IMG/VR virus record: IMGVR_UViG_3300047160_005790
Span: 24,285-88,284 of that record
DNA length: 64,000 nt
Origin: a virus
Lineage: Duplodnaviria; Caudoviricetes
Reading direction: 5' to 3' (one strand)
Shown here: piece after piece, positions 1 through 10,028 of the stretch
How the letters are laid out: each line of letters opens with the position of its first letter
How positions within the stretch are numbered: position 1 is the stretch's first letter
Notes under the pieces: model-generated
What the model was told of the DNA's origin: nothing
The model's database searches: none
Seen by the model: the letters and a program-made list of their open reading frames with translations, nothing else
Translations under genes and position numbers: made by a program

Positions 1-1
1 C

Positions 2-205
2 ATCGCCCTACTATCGACTCCGTTTCAGAATACGCTCTGGCCTGCCGGATATTTGTCGGGCGACGTGCCGACCGGCTACCTCGTCGGCGCCGCTGCGGGC
101 GGCTACATACAGCGCGCGGAACGCGGTAACGGCGCCGGGCAAACCGGCTACATCGAGCAGGCGGAGACTGGCACAATCGAGCGCGAGCTAGCAGGTGTGA
201 GCTGA
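2..205 (+). CDS. 3' end of an upstream virion-module gene (partial)
   Basis: Open frame from nt 2 to TGA 203-205, overlapping the next ATG (TGATG). Confidence 0.5.
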   Translation: MALLSTPFQNTLWPAGYLSGDVPTGYLVGAAAGGYIQRAERGNGAGQTGYIEQAETGTIERELAGVS

Positions 206-945
206 TGGCCGTCGTCCTGACATTTCGCAAGTACGTGCCGCCGCCGCGCTTCGACGGGCACCCCTGGGTGTCGGCTCGCATCGACGAGTCGGATGGCAGC
301 GCCGGGCCGTGGAATCAGATCGACTCGATCACGTTGTCGCCCGTCGATACGGATCCGGCAGATCCGATCGAGCGCGACTTTACGACCGACAATGCGACGA
401 TCGACGCTGGTTGGTATCGCATCGTCTGGATCGACGCTTCGGCTGCTGAGGCGGCGACCGATCCGTTGCAAAACGTTCAGGATACGCGCGGTTTCGCGCC
501 GAGCGTCAGCGAGGTTGCGAAGTACCTCTACTCGCGAACGCACGACACGTTCGGCAAGCGTACGGGCACGTTCAACGCGAACACGACGCCGACCGACGAC
601 GAAGTCTTGTCGCTCATACCGGACATGGTCAATCGCGTCGCCGACGTGATCGGCGACACCATTCCTCCGCAGCTGTGGGACGACGCGGCGGGGATCGTAG
701 CCTTGCGCACGGCGATGCAGATCGAGCTGGACTTCTTCCCGGACCAGGTCAACACTGGTCGCAGCATCTACCCGCAGCTCGAAAAGCTCTTCGAGATGGA
801 CATGGCTTCTCTACAGGCGGCGGTCGCTGCGACGAAGACCGCGGGCGGCGTTGACGTAGCGGGCGCGGCGCCTGCGACTATGCCGAGCTACGGCTTCCCA
901 CCGCCGGACATCGTGTTCGAGGATGCGTGGTTGCCAGATGTTTGA
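205..945 (+). CDS. Head-tail adaptor protein
   Basis: C-terminal IELDFFPDQ...YPQL motif typical of actinophage adaptors; first gene of neck/tail block. Confidence 0.65.
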   Translation: MAVVLTFRKYVPPPRFDGHPWVSARIDESDGSAGPWNQIDSITLSPVDTDPADPIERDFTTDNATIDAGWYRIVWIDASAAEAATDPLQNVQDTRGFAPSVSEVAKYLYSRTHDTFGKRTGTFNANTTPTDDEVLSLIPDMVNRVADVIGDTIPPQLWDDAAGIVALRTAMQIELDFFPDQVNTGRSIYPQLEKLFEMDMASLQAAVAATKTAGGVDVAGAAPATMPSYGFPPPDIVFEDAWLPDV

Positions 946-1393
946 GATCGAGGTCATGGGCGAGAAGACCGTCATCGGTCGCATGGAATACATGGAAGCT
1001 GCCGCGATGGACATGCAACCGGCCCTGGAAGAAATCGGCTTCCTCATCATGAACGTCATGCGCAAAATGTTCGAAAGCGGCGGTCGGCGCGGCGGCGGCA
1101 GTTGGGCGCCGGACGATCTCGGCTGGCTCGCGCGTAAGATCATGATGGGCCTCGATCCGCGCGTCGGTATTGCGACCGAAGCCTTGATGAGAGCATTCAC
1201 GCAGCCCGAGGCGCCACACCAGGAGTACGAAGTCGGCTCGCACTCGTTGCACTTGTCGAGCGATTTGTCCTACGCCGCGGCGCAGCAGACGCATCGACCG
1301 TTCGTCAAATTTACATACGGCGACCGAACGGAAATGGGCAATATAGTTCGTAGGCATCTCATCCATGCCTGGAACGCGGGCGGCGAAAAGTGA
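938..1393 (+). CDS. Virion morphogenesis / neck protein (Mu gpG-like)
   Basis: FESGGRRGGGSWAP...L...YAAAQQ...RPFV pattern; ATG 938 overlaps upstream stop. Confidence 0.7.
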   Translation: MFEIEVMGEKTVIGRMEYMEAAAMDMQPALEEIGFLIMNVMRKMFESGGRRGGGSWAPDDLGWLARKIMMGLDPRVGIATEALMRAFTQPEAPHQEYEVGSHSLHLSSDLSYAAAQQTHRPFVKFTYGDRTEMGNIVRRHLIHAWNAGGEK

Positions 1394-2022
1394 GCAGCAT
1401 TTTCGGCTCGATCAAGGTTGCGGGCGATTTGGAGCAGGCGGCAGTCGATACACTGTCCAAGTGGTTCCGCACATACTTGATTGAGTACGAACTACAAGCG
1501 GGCCTGATTGCAAGTCGGCATGATCCGCTGCATTACCAGCTGCCCCGAACGTACTCGAAGTCCAATCAAATCGACCGAACCAACGTCGATTCGCTGCCCG
1601 CGATCGTCGTCGTCAGCCCCGGTACATCACCGAACAACTTGCCAAAGCAGGTCGGCGACGGCAGCTTCCGCGTGTTCTTCGTCATAGGGATTGGTGTATT
1701 CGTAGGCGCTGGCGATCGGGCTTCGACGTTGGAGCTTGTTCGTGTCTACACAGCGATTTGCCGGGCGATCATGCTACAGAAGCAATCGCTTGGCGGTTTC
1801 GCCGACGGCTCGACATGGCTCAACGAAAGCTACAACGACGACTTTACCTTCACTGACAACCAGACGATCAGTGCCGGGCAAGTCGTGTTCGAAATCGAAG
1901 TCGCCAACATAGTCAGTCGGTTCGGCGGCCCAGATCAGCCAGATGACGACGATCTTCCGGGTGATTGGCCGCTCGTGGAGGAGGTCATCGTCACAATCGT
2001 GCCCGAGGGGGTGAGTGACTAG
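1390..2022 (+). CDS. Tail terminator/completion protein
   Basis: Position between neck and sheath; LPAIVVV motif; GTGA overlap. Confidence 0.55.
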   Translation: MSSIFGSIKVAGDLEQAAVDTLSKWFRTYLIEYELQAGLIASRHDPLHYQLPRTYSKSNQIDRTNVDSLPAIVVVSPGTSPNNLPKQVGDGSFRVFFVIGIGVFVGAGDRASTLELVRVYTAICRAIMLQKQSLGGFADGSTWLNESYNDDFTFTDNQTISAGQVVFEIEVANIVSRFGGPDQPDDDDLPGDWPLVEEVIVTIVPEGVSD

Positions 2023-2222
2023 TGGCAAAGGGAACTGGTTACAAGTGGGTCGGTACGGTTCCGCAGGACATGCCCGGTGGCCGGATGGTCGAGCCGGGAG
2101 AGTCTGTGGAGATCAGTGCAGACGCCCTGAAGGACCCGTACGTCCAGGAGCTGATCGAAGCAGAGCTGCTCATCCCCGATGGTGGGGGATCGTCCACGAC
2201 CAGTAAGGAAGGAGGGGGCTGA
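2022..2222 (+). CDS. Small pre-sheath tail protein
   Basis: 66 aa gene coupled directly to the sheath, as in Mu-like tails. Confidence 0.5.
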   Translation: MAKGTGYKWVGTVPQDMPGGRMVEPGESVEISADALKDPYVQELIEAELLIPDGGGSSTTSKEGGG

Positions 2223-3661
2223 TGGCCCGGCCAGGAGTGCAGATTCTGACGCAAACGACGCCGCCGCCGCGTAACGCACCGAGCGACACCGGCGTGGCGT
2301 TCATGGTCGGGCTCTGTGACCAGGGGGACCTTACACCCATCTTCGTCCAGAGCATCGACGACTTCACGCAGAAGTGCGGCGTGCGCGTGACGTACAGCTT
2401 GTTGTACGACGCGGTAGACATCTTCTTCCGGGAAGGTGGCTCGTCTGCCTACATCAGTCGCGTCGTCGGCCCGGCAGCGGTCGTCGCTAGCAAGAACCTG
2501 AACGACGCGAGCGCCGCGGTGTCGCTAGTCGCGAAGGCTCGCGGCCCCGGCGCCTGGGGCAACAACATCTCGATCGCGGTACTCGCCGGTATCGTCTCCG
2601 GCTACCGCATTCAGGTCGTGTACAGCGGCGTCATCGTCGAGACCTCTCTCGATCTGACGACGCAAGTAGATGCGATCAACTGGGCGTCTGGCAACAGCAG
2701 GTACATCAGGCTGACGCTCGGTGCCAGTTCGCTCGTTCCGGCCGTCGCAGCCGCGGCGGCGTTGGCGAGCGGCGCAGACGATCGCACCAACATCACCGAT
2801 GCGCAGTGGCAGACGGCGCTCGACCTGTTCTCGAAGGAACTTGGGCCGGGGCAAGTTCTTGCGCCGGGTCGAACGACCGACACCGGTCATCAGCAGCTGT
2901 GCGATCACGCCGCCTCGCACAATCGCTGCGCATTGCTCGACCTGCCGGACTCGGGCACGAAGAGCACGCTCGAAAGCTCGGCGACGAACGCCAAGACGAC
3001 GGGCAACGGTCAGTACGCCATCGCTCTGACGCCGTGGATCTTGAACCCCGGCGTGCCGGCCGGTGTCATTCGAACGGTGCCGCCGAGTGCGTCGGTCGCA
3101 GGCGTCATTTCACGAGTAGACGGCAGCGACAACCCGAACACACCGGCGGCGGGCGTGCTCGGGGAGCTGCGGTACGCGATCGGGCTCAGTCAAGGCGCCT
3201 TCAGTGACAACGACCGGCAAGAGCTCAACAGCTACGGCATCGCCGTCGTCCGGTCGGTGTACGGCACGTTCTGGAACTACGGCTACCGATCGCTGGCCGA
3301 TCCGATTAACAACCCGAACTGGGTGGACTTCAGTAACGTCCGCTACCTCATGTGGCTCGCGTCGCGTTGCGATCTGGCCGGAGAGCAGTTCGTGTTCCGG
3401 CCAATCGACGGTCAGCTCCATACCATCTCGGACTACGGCGCCGTCTTGTCGGCGATCTGTCAGGCCGATTACAACGCGGGGATCATCTACGGTGCGGTGG
3501 CTTCGGATGCGTTCAACGTGGACGTCGGTCCGTCAGTCAACACGCCATCGACGATCGCCGACAACCAGCTGCGCGCGGTCGTTGCGGTTCGTCCGTCGCC
3601 GTTCGGGGAGCTGGTGACCATCACCATCGTCAACGTTCCCATCACCCAGCCCGTTTCCTAG
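2222..3661 (+). CDS. Contractile tail sheath protein
   Basis: MARPGV N-terminus, FFREGG, PPSASVAGV, PAAG, RAVVAVRPSPFGE C-terminus. Confidence 0.92.
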   Translation: MARPGVQILTQTTPPPRNAPSDTGVAFMVGLCDQGDLTPIFVQSIDDFTQKCGVRVTYSLLYDAVDIFFREGGSSAYISRVVGPAAVVASKNLNDASAAVSLVAKARGPGAWGNNISIAVLAGIVSGYRIQVVYSGVIVETSLDLTTQVDAINWASGNSRYIRLTLGASSLVPAVAAAAALASGADDRTNITDAQWQTALDLFSKELGPGQVLAPGRTTDTGHQQLCDHAASHNRCALLDLPDSGTKSTLESSATNAKTTGNGQYAIALTPWILNPGVPAGVIRTVPPSASVAGVISRVDGSDNPNTPAAGVLGELRYAIGLSQGAFSDNDRQELNSYGIAVVRSVYGTFWNYGYRSLADPINNPNWVDFSNVRYLMWLASRCDLAGEQFVFRPIDGQLHTISDYGAVLSAICQADYNAGIIYGAVASDAFNVDVGPSVNTPSTIADNQLRAVVAVRPSPFGELVTITIVNVPITQPVS

Positions 3662-3673
3662 GAGGTGAGCTGA

Positions 3674-4123
3674 ATGGCTGGCGGACCAACCAGGCAAGAC
3701 ACCCACCGAATCACCGTTCAGATCGAGGATCCGTCCAATCCCGGAACGATGGTCGATTTTCAGGTCTGGGACAAGATGACCGGTGGAGACGTCGATTCCG
3801 ACGACAACAAGTATTACCCCGGCGGCATGGTGCCGCCTATCTCGATCGGCGGTCGTCGTACAGTTGCGAACGTCACCGTCTCGCGGCTGTACATGCTGGA
3901 GCGGGATCACGCCCGTATGCCGATGCTCATCGCGGCGGCGGGGCGCTCTGCCGTGCAGCTCTCGCGGCAGCCGCTACAGATCGACGGCAAGGGCGACTAC
4001 AAGCCGATCGTCTACAACGGCAAGCTCAAGCGCGTAGTGCCGCCTGACCTCGACTCCGAGGCGTCGGGGGCGGCACTGATTCAGCTGGAAATCGTGGTCG
4101 ATGGATTCCCGACTGCGCACTAA
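3674..4123 (+). CDS. Tail tube protein (gp19-like)
   Basis: WDKMTGGDVDSDDNKYYPGGM...NVTVSR; follows sheath; GGAGG SD. Confidence 0.85.
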   Translation: MAGGPTRQDTHRITVQIEDPSNPGTMVDFQVWDKMTGGDVDSDDNKYYPGGMVPPISIGGRRTVANVTVSRLYMLERDHARMPMLIAAAGRSAVQLSRQPLQIDGKGDYKPIVYNGKLKRVVPPDLDSEASGAALIQLEIVVDGFPTAH

Positions 4124-4139
4124 CTAACAGGAGGCAGAC

Positions 4140-4730
4140 GTGTCCACTATGGACGAACCGGATCCTAACACTTTCGAGGCAATAGCGGCTGAACCGAGTA
4201 GGCCGTCTGGTCAAGACGACGGCCTGCTCACCGCCCTTCGGCAGCAGCGCGACGCACTCGCTTCGACGCGCGACACCTATGTGCCGATTCAGGGCTACGG
4301 GGAGAACACCGGCATCTCGCTCTGGGCGCATTACCGGCTGCTCGATGCGATTGAGTTAGACGCGATCGGTCGCAAAGTCGCTCAAGAGTTTCGCTCAAAC
4401 CGGCAGCAGCGCGAGCGCATCTTGTGGGCGGGCGTCGATGCAATGATCGAGGCTTGCGACGGCATCTTCTACCAGATTCAGGGTGAGAGCGAGAAGCATA
4501 TCATGACGATCGACGGCGTGCCGATCAACGGCTTCAACGTCGGTATCGCTCGGGCGCTTGGTTTCGAAGACAAGATCGCCCCTCATTCACCGGAACGTTC
4601 GATCGTGCTCGGCGTGTTCGGGAACAACGTGTCTTCTGTTCAAATTCATACGATGCTTCTGGGTCGTTGGATGGCCAACACGACGATCGACGTGACCGAA
4701 GAGTTCTTGGAGGCCGGGGGAAACCTCTAG
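4140..4730 (+). CDS. Tail assembly chaperone
   Basis: Between tube and tape measure; ends at a slippery heptamer. Confidence 0.75.
   Translation: MSTMDEPDPNTFEAIAAEPSRPSGQDDGLLTALRQQRDALASTRDTYVPIQGYGENTGISLWAHYRLLDAIELDAIGRKVAQEFRSNRQQRERILWAGVDAMIEACDGIFYQIQGESEKHIMTIDGVPINGFNVGIARALGFEDKIAPHSPERSIVLGVFGNNVSSVQIHTMLLGRWMANTTIDVTEEFLEAGGNL
4718..4724 (+). other. -1 ribosomal frameshift site G GGA AAC
   Basis: X XXY YYZ heptamer in frame just before TAG 4728; the -1 frame stays open to 4939. Confidence 0.8.
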
Positions 4731-4939
4731 CGAGCGAGATGATTGAGGCAGCCGCACACGTCTCGCTCGCTGGCCTCAGTGCAGACAAATACCTTCGTAC
4801 CAAGGACGTCCTCGAACGGCTGTTGATGCAACGCGTCACAAACCGGCAGCACGAACTTGAGAACGAACGCGACCAATATCGTGCGCAGTTGATTGCGAAC
4901 GAAATCGGCAAAATGCTCAACTCGGGGTTCAAGAAATAA
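4721..4939 (+). CDS. Frameshift extension of tail assembly chaperone (G-T type)
   Basis: -1 frame ORF ending TAA 4939, overlapping the tape measure ATG. Confidence 0.7.
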   Translation, partial: KPLASEMIEAAAHVSLAGLSADKYLRTKDVLERLLMQRVTNRQHELENERDQYRAQLIANEIGKMLNSGFKK

Positions 4940-7203
4940 TGGCTGTACCTGGCGAAGTCATCATCAATACTCGCTTGATGGGTTGGCGAGAAGTCGTCGC
5001 CGGGTTGCAGGCTGAGGCCGAGTCTCTGATCGAACTCGGCGCGGCTTCGATGACAGCTGGCCGCGCGATGAAGGAAACGAACGAGCGCAGCTTCGTCCTG
5101 AATCAAGGTGTCTTCACGGCCCGGCGTGTTTTGTACGCCGGGTCGCTCGCTTTCTTGGCTATGGGCGCCGCGGCCCTCAAGATGGGCTGGGACTTCAACA
5201 GTGCGATGCAGACCTCGATGGTCGCGTTGAAGCCCGTGCTCGGCAGCGTACGGGCAACTCGGAACGAGCTGAACTACTTGTTCCGACAATCGGCGTTTAC
5301 GCCGTTCCAGTTCAAGGACATCACGATCGCCTTCCGGCAGATGCTCGCGGGGTTCAAGGGCACAGGGTTGTCCGTGAAGGAAACGAACCAAGCCTTGTTT
5401 GCTATGATCGACGCTCTGTCCTACGCCGGTCGTACGTCGCCGGGCGCTCTCAACCGCGTGTCTGTTGCTCTACAGCACATGATGAATCTCGGGCACATCA
5501 CTGGACAGACGATCAATCAGCTTTCCCGCGACGGCATTCAGATCAGCCAGGCTTTGCGAAAGGAGCTCGGACTAAGCCAGGATCAGATTCACAACATCGG
5601 TCGCATGAACATCGACAGTGCGACGGCCATGCGTGCGATTGTGAAGTACATCGAGACGACGCCGGGTTTCATGCGCGCTGCTTTTCGTCAGGCGACCCAA
5701 ACGCTACAGGGTGCATTTACGACGTTCAAAGACCTTCTCTCACAAGCAGTTGGCAACGCACAGAGCGGCTTGTTCGGCGGCGTCACCAAGTTCTTCCAGA
5801 GCGTCGATTTGGCCCTCAAGCCTGTGTACAGCCGAAAGAATCAGCCCGTTACCCTTTTTGACATGGCCAAGGCGATTGACCAGGTTGTATCGCCGAAGTC
5901 ACATGCGATGATGAATTTGTTCCACGATATAGGAACGGCCCTTCAATCGCTCGGGCAAATATTCCACAGCCTCTTTCAAACGTTCAAAGAATCGCGGGCG
6001 ATTTGGACCGGAGTTGCTGTTGCGTTTGGTGTTCTGAATATTGCCCTCCAGACATTCAATTGGTTGCTCGGACAGGGGTTGGGGCCAGTTCTGGGTGGCG
6101 TTGTCGGTTACATGATCATTTTCGAGACAGCTTCTCTCGTCATCATAGGTGTCACGCGCACCTGGCGGGCACTTTTGATAGGCGTGAAAGTTGCCTTAAT
6201 TGCGTGGAAGATTGCTGAAATTGGCGCACTTGTCGTGCAGTATTTGCTCATCCGTGCCCAGATCTGGTGGAACGCCGTGACGGCAGAAGGCACTGTCGTC
6301 AGGGAAGCTTCTCGACTAGAACTGGTGTTCTGGAATGCCGTTGTCAAGACTGGCACGGCGCTTATGTGGTTGCTCAGCTTAGCGACGAGCGCGGACGCAC
6401 GAGCGCAGCTTTGGGCCAACATTCAGTTTGCGATTGCGCGCGCGAGGGTCGTCGCAGCAGCTATCGCAACGGCGCTTTACACGGTAGCCATGAATCTTTT
6501 GACTGGTTCGACGATTGACCTTGCGATTACGACCGGCGTATTGACCGACGCCCTTTCGGCACTAGGGGTGGCGATCATGGCCGTTCCGGTGATCGGCTGG
6601 GTCATAGCCTTGATCACCCTGCTCGTGGTGCTGTACTTCCGGTGGGGTGCGTTTCATCGTTTGGTCAATCGAATCTTCGATTGGATCAAGGATCACTGGA
6701 AGCTGCTCGCCCTGATCCTCGTCAGTCCGTTCGCCGTATTGGGGTATGAGGTCGTCAAGCACTTCGACTGGATCAAGAACAAGATCAACAGCTTCTGGAA
6801 CTGGCTCAAGAACATCTTCCACGAAGTGCTCACAGTCAAAGTTCGATTCAGCTTCCCGGGCAGCGGCATCTTGAACAAGATTCTCACGGTTGAGAAGTAC
6901 ACCAATCCTGTGACGGCGCCGTTCTTTATTGGCAAGAAACTGTTCGACTGGTCAGGACTCGCAGGCGGCGGCACGGCCCTGTCGCCTGGCTACGCCATGG
7001 TGGGCGAGCATGGGCCAGAAGTCGTTCACTTGCCGATGGGGGCGAGCGTCGTACCGCTTAACCGTTCGACGGCGTACAATGAAGGTTGGGGAAGCGGCAT
7101 GAGTTTGCAGATTGAAGTCTACCCTCAACAGATTATGTTAGACGGACGAGTGCTAGCCGAGTCGATCGCACAAGTCAAGACGAACTTGGAGGCGCGGCGA
7201 TGA
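4939..7203 (+). CDS. Tape measure protein
   Basis: TPFQFKDI...A...L tape-measure N-domain, hydrophobic Trp-rich repeats, GGTAL...MVGEHGPEVV C-terminus. Confidence 0.87.
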   Translation: MAVPGEVIINTRLMGWREVVAGLQAEAESLIELGAASMTAGRAMKETNERSFVLNQGVFTARRVLYAGSLAFLAMGAAALKMGWDFNSAMQTSMVALKPVLGSVRATRNELNYLFRQSAFTPFQFKDITIAFRQMLAGFKGTGLSVKETNQALFAMIDALSYAGRTSPGALNRVSVALQHMMNLGHITGQTINQLSRDGIQISQALRKELGLSQDQIHNIGRMNIDSATAMRAIVKYIETTPGFMRAAFRQATQTLQGAFTTFKDLLSQAVGNAQSGLFGGVTKFFQSVDLALKPVYSRKNQPVTLFDMAKAIDQVVSPKSHAMMNLFHDIGTALQSLGQIFHSLFQTFKESRAIWTGVAVAFGVLNIALQTFNWLLGQGLGPVLGGVVGYMIIFETASLVIIGVTRTWRALLIGVKVALIAWKIAEIGALVVQYLLIRAQIWWNAVTAEGTVVREASRLELVFWNAVVKTGTALMWLLSLATSADARAQLWANIQFAIARARVVAAAIATALYTVAMNLLTGSTIDLAITTGVLTDALSALGVAIMAVPVIGWVIALITLLVVLYFRWGAFHRLVNRIFDWIKDHWKLLALILVSPFAVLGYEVVKHFDWIKNKINSFWNWLKNIFHEVLTVKVRFSFPGSGILNKILTVEKYTNPVTAPFFIGKKLFDWSGLAGGGTALSPGYAMVGEHGPEVVHLPMGASVVPLNRSTAYNEGWGSGMSLQIEVYPQQIMLDGRVLAESIAQVKTNLEARR

Positions 7204-7892
7204 GTACACCGGGCACGTCGCTCTTAGCTCCTCGCTATTACGTCATCCTTACGTCGAGCTTGCCTTCATTACTCGTCTTGCTTCTGTGGCAGAACTCTGC
7301 CAAGATGACGGATGGCTACGGTGGTTGGGAAGTGATCGAGCGGCCGCGGCGCGTCGGCCTCGTCAACTACAAAGGCTTGAGCCCGTTGCGCATGGACATT
7401 CAGGTCGTGTTCGAAGGGCTCGCCAACGAAGAGGGCCAGGAAGCGAACATCGCAATCCTTGAAGCTATGGCGATGCCCGCCGGTGACAATCTGCCGCCGC
7501 CGACTGTGAACATCATTGGCCCGATGCCGCACACGGACGTGCTGTGGGTGATCGAGAGTATTGACTGGGACGAGACAACGGCGATATGGGATGTACAGGG
7601 TAACTCGCCCGTCCGGCTTCGGCAGGTTGCGACGATTCATCTGCTTCAAATGGTCAACGTTGACATCCTCGTTACGTCGGTGACGCCTGCGGTGAGAGCG
7701 AACGGGAATTCGGGCGGCGGCAAGTCAGTGGTCTCGAAAGGCACGACGGCGAAGGACATCGCCAAGGATCAATATGGGGATCAGAATCTTTGGTCGGTGA
7801 TCGCGGGCGCCAATCCTTGGATTCAGGACCCGCGCGTCGTCATACCGGCAGGGCAGCCGATCATCATTCCGCCGAAGGCGAAGGCTAACTGA
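7200..7892 (+). CDS. Tail-tube initiator-like protein with C-terminal LysM-like domain
   Basis: KGTTAKDIAKDQYGDQNLWSVIAGANPWI...IPAGQPIIIP. Confidence 0.72.
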   Translation: MSTPGTSLLAPRYYVILTSSLPSLLVLLLWQNSAKMTDGYGGWEVIERPRRVGLVNYKGLSPLRMDIQVVFEGLANEEGQEANIAILEAMAMPAGDNLPPPTVNIIGPMPHTDVLWVIESIDWDETTAIWDVQGNSPVRLRQVATIHLLQMVNVDILVTSVTPAVRANGNSGGGKSVVSKGTTAKDIAKDQYGDQNLWSVIAGANPWIQDPRVVIPAGQPIIIPPKAKAN

Positions 7893-10027
7893 TGCCAGAA
7901 ACTGTCGGCCACGTCGTACGCGATTCTCTCCAGCAGAGCAACCTCGTCCCGCAGTCACAAATGGAGCTGCTTCAGGGCGACGTTGATCTCAACGGTTTCT
8001 TCCTCGAAATGCGAAACAAGGCCGGGGTGCAGCTCGTCGATTCGATCACAGACGCGACGATCGAGCGCACCGTCGAGGGCGCGAGTACGTTGACCGTTCA
8101 GGTTCAAGACAGCGACCTGAAACTTTTGAATAGCGGGAGCCTCGGCCGGCATGTCGATGTAAACGTCGATGGTCTGTGGTTTACGCTCGTCGCCGTTAGC
8201 AAAAGCGGACGTCAGTTAACGTTGACGTTCGAGGAGCGCGAGGTCAACGTCCTTCGCTACTACAAAAAGTTCCTGCGCGCCAAGCGAACGCCGACGATGA
8301 CTCGGGCGCGCTTCGTGCTGCGCATGATTCAGGAAGTCAAAGAGCTGCCGCTACGTTGGTTCATTCCGGACCTCAAAACTGTCATGGGCATCAGCGATAT
8401 TCAGCCGGGTCAGTCGATCGTCGGTCCGGATGGCAATCCGTTGCCCAATGTGTTCATTGACCCCGTATCGCAACAAATCGTGAGCGACTCAGGTACGGGG
8501 GCGGCGGTCGGGCACAATCAGGGCGGCATCTCGGGGACGCAAAAGACGAGCTTGACAGTCAAGGGCTCTCCGATCGACGCTGAGCAGATCAACAACACGA
8601 ACGCGATTCTTGCTATGGGCATGAGCATGAAGGTGCCTCGCAAGTTGCTCGTCGTTGCGATCATGGTCGCGATTCAGGAGAACTCGATCACCGGTGACAC
8701 TGGACAGTATGTCTCTTCGCCGACGCCGCATAAAATCAACGTCGGCACCTTCCAGCAGGACAGCCGCTACTGGCCAGCGACGAACGACGCCGGTACCGAT
8801 GCGGCAGGGTTCTTCAAGGCGGCGATCATCGCTAACATTGCGAATCCGACACTGAGCTATAACGATCTTGGCCAGAAGGTGCAGGGCAGCGCCTACCCGT
8901 ACGCCTACGGCCCACATCAAGCAGAAGCCGAAGCGATCGTCAACGCCTACGGCGTCAGCGGCGGCGACACGACGACCGGCCTGCCGGCGACGAAGGCGGC
9001 GACGAGCAGTCAGGATCACACCGCGAACGTTCAGCAACCGCCCGTTACACAATACTCGACGGCGGCGGCCGTCTACGAGTATACGCGCGGCACGATCAGC
9101 CACAACAACAATCAAGGCCCGTACATCTTGACGCCGGAAGATAGCTGGACGGCTATGCAGCGACTCGCGGGCGAAGTCAATTGGTGGTGTTTCGTCGTCA
9201 GCGGCGTCATCTACTTCATAAGCAGCGTCAACTTGTTCCAGGGCAAGTCGCTCATGACGATCGACGAGGACACCGAAGGCGTCGATACCATCGACTTCGA
9301 CTACGACGAGGGCAAGCGCGTCGCGACAGTGACGGTTAACTGCCACATGTCTCGCTGGACGGCGCCGCCCGGCGGCATCGTCACCCTCGGTCGGCAGATG
9401 GGAATCGTGCAGGGACGCTGGCTCGTGACAACGGTGCGCCGCAGCCTCTACAACACGCAGGGCACGATCACCCTCAAGAAGCCGCTGCCCGTACTGCCGG
9501 AGCCTAGCTCGAACGTCGCCGGTCAAAGCACGCAGCAGCAGAATGTCTTGCCGCCTGTCAGCGACATCACTCCCGGCAACGTTCCGTATCCGGGTGGCGG
9601 ACGCAACGCGCCGGAGAACCCTGCGCTGCCGGGTACGAAGGCGTACCAGGTGATCGAGTACGTCAAGCGGCAGATCGGTGTACCGTACGTTTGGGGCGCC
9701 GAAATCGAGGGCAAGGCGTTCGACTGCTCTGGGCTGACTCAAGCGGCGTACGCGACGGTCGGTGTCGTCATACCTCACAACGCTCAGGCGCAGTACGACT
9801 TGGGTCCACAAGTTTCTGCCGCACAAAACCTTCAGCCTGGCGATCTCGTGTATTTTGACGAAGACCCTCCGGGGCACGATCCTACGCGAATCGGCCATGT
9901 TGGAGTATACATCGGCGGCGGCCAGTTCATTCATGCTCCGCACACTGGTGATGTGGTGAAGGTATCGAGCTTGAATGACACTTGGTACGCAGAGCACTAC
10001 GCAGGGGCGTCTAGGCCGGGCGGCTGA
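7892..10027 (+). CDS. Baseplate hub with lysozyme-like insert and C-terminal NlpC/P60 peptidase
   Basis: PYVWG...FDCSGL...HVGVYIGGGQFIHAP; central AIQENS...GTFQQ...VQGSAYP; late-control D-like flanks. Confidence 0.85.
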   Translation: MPETVGHVVRDSLQQSNLVPQSQMELLQGDVDLNGFFLEMRNKAGVQLVDSITDATIERTVEGASTLTVQVQDSDLKLLNSGSLGRHVDVNVDGLWFTLVAVSKSGRQLTLTFEEREVNVLRYYKKFLRAKRTPTMTRARFVLRMIQEVKELPLRWFIPDLKTVMGISDIQPGQSIVGPDGNPLPNVFIDPVSQQIVSDSGTGAAVGHNQGGISGTQKTSLTVKGSPIDAEQINNTNAILAMGMSMKVPRKLLVVAIMVAIQENSITGDTGQYVSSPTPHKINVGTFQQDSRYWPATNDAGTDAAGFFKAAIIANIANPTLSYNDLGQKVQGSAYPYAYGPHQAEAEAIVNAYGVSGGDTTTGLPATKAATSSQDHTANVQQPPVTQYSTAAAVYEYTRGTISHNNNQGPYILTPEDSWTAMQRLAGEVNWWCFVVSGVIYFISSVNLFQGKSLMTIDEDTEGVDTIDFDYDEGKRVATVTVNCHMSRWTAPPGGIVTLGRQMGIVQGRWLVTTVRRSLYNTQGTITLKKPLPVLPEPSSNVAGQSTQQQNVLPPVSDITPGNVPYPGGGRNAPENPALPGTKAYQVIEYVKRQIGVPYVWGAEIEGKAFDCSGLTQAAYATVGVVIPHNAQAQYDLGPQVSAAQNLQPGDLVYFDEDPPGHDPTRIGHVGVYIGGGQFIHAPHTGDVVKVSSLNDTWYAEHYAGASRPGG

Positions 10028-10028
10028 C

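Noticed and set aside
5800-6560. A/T-richer patch in the tape measure as a foreign insertion
   Set aside because: Adequately explained by hydrophobic Ile/Phe/Leu-rich coding; the frame is intact
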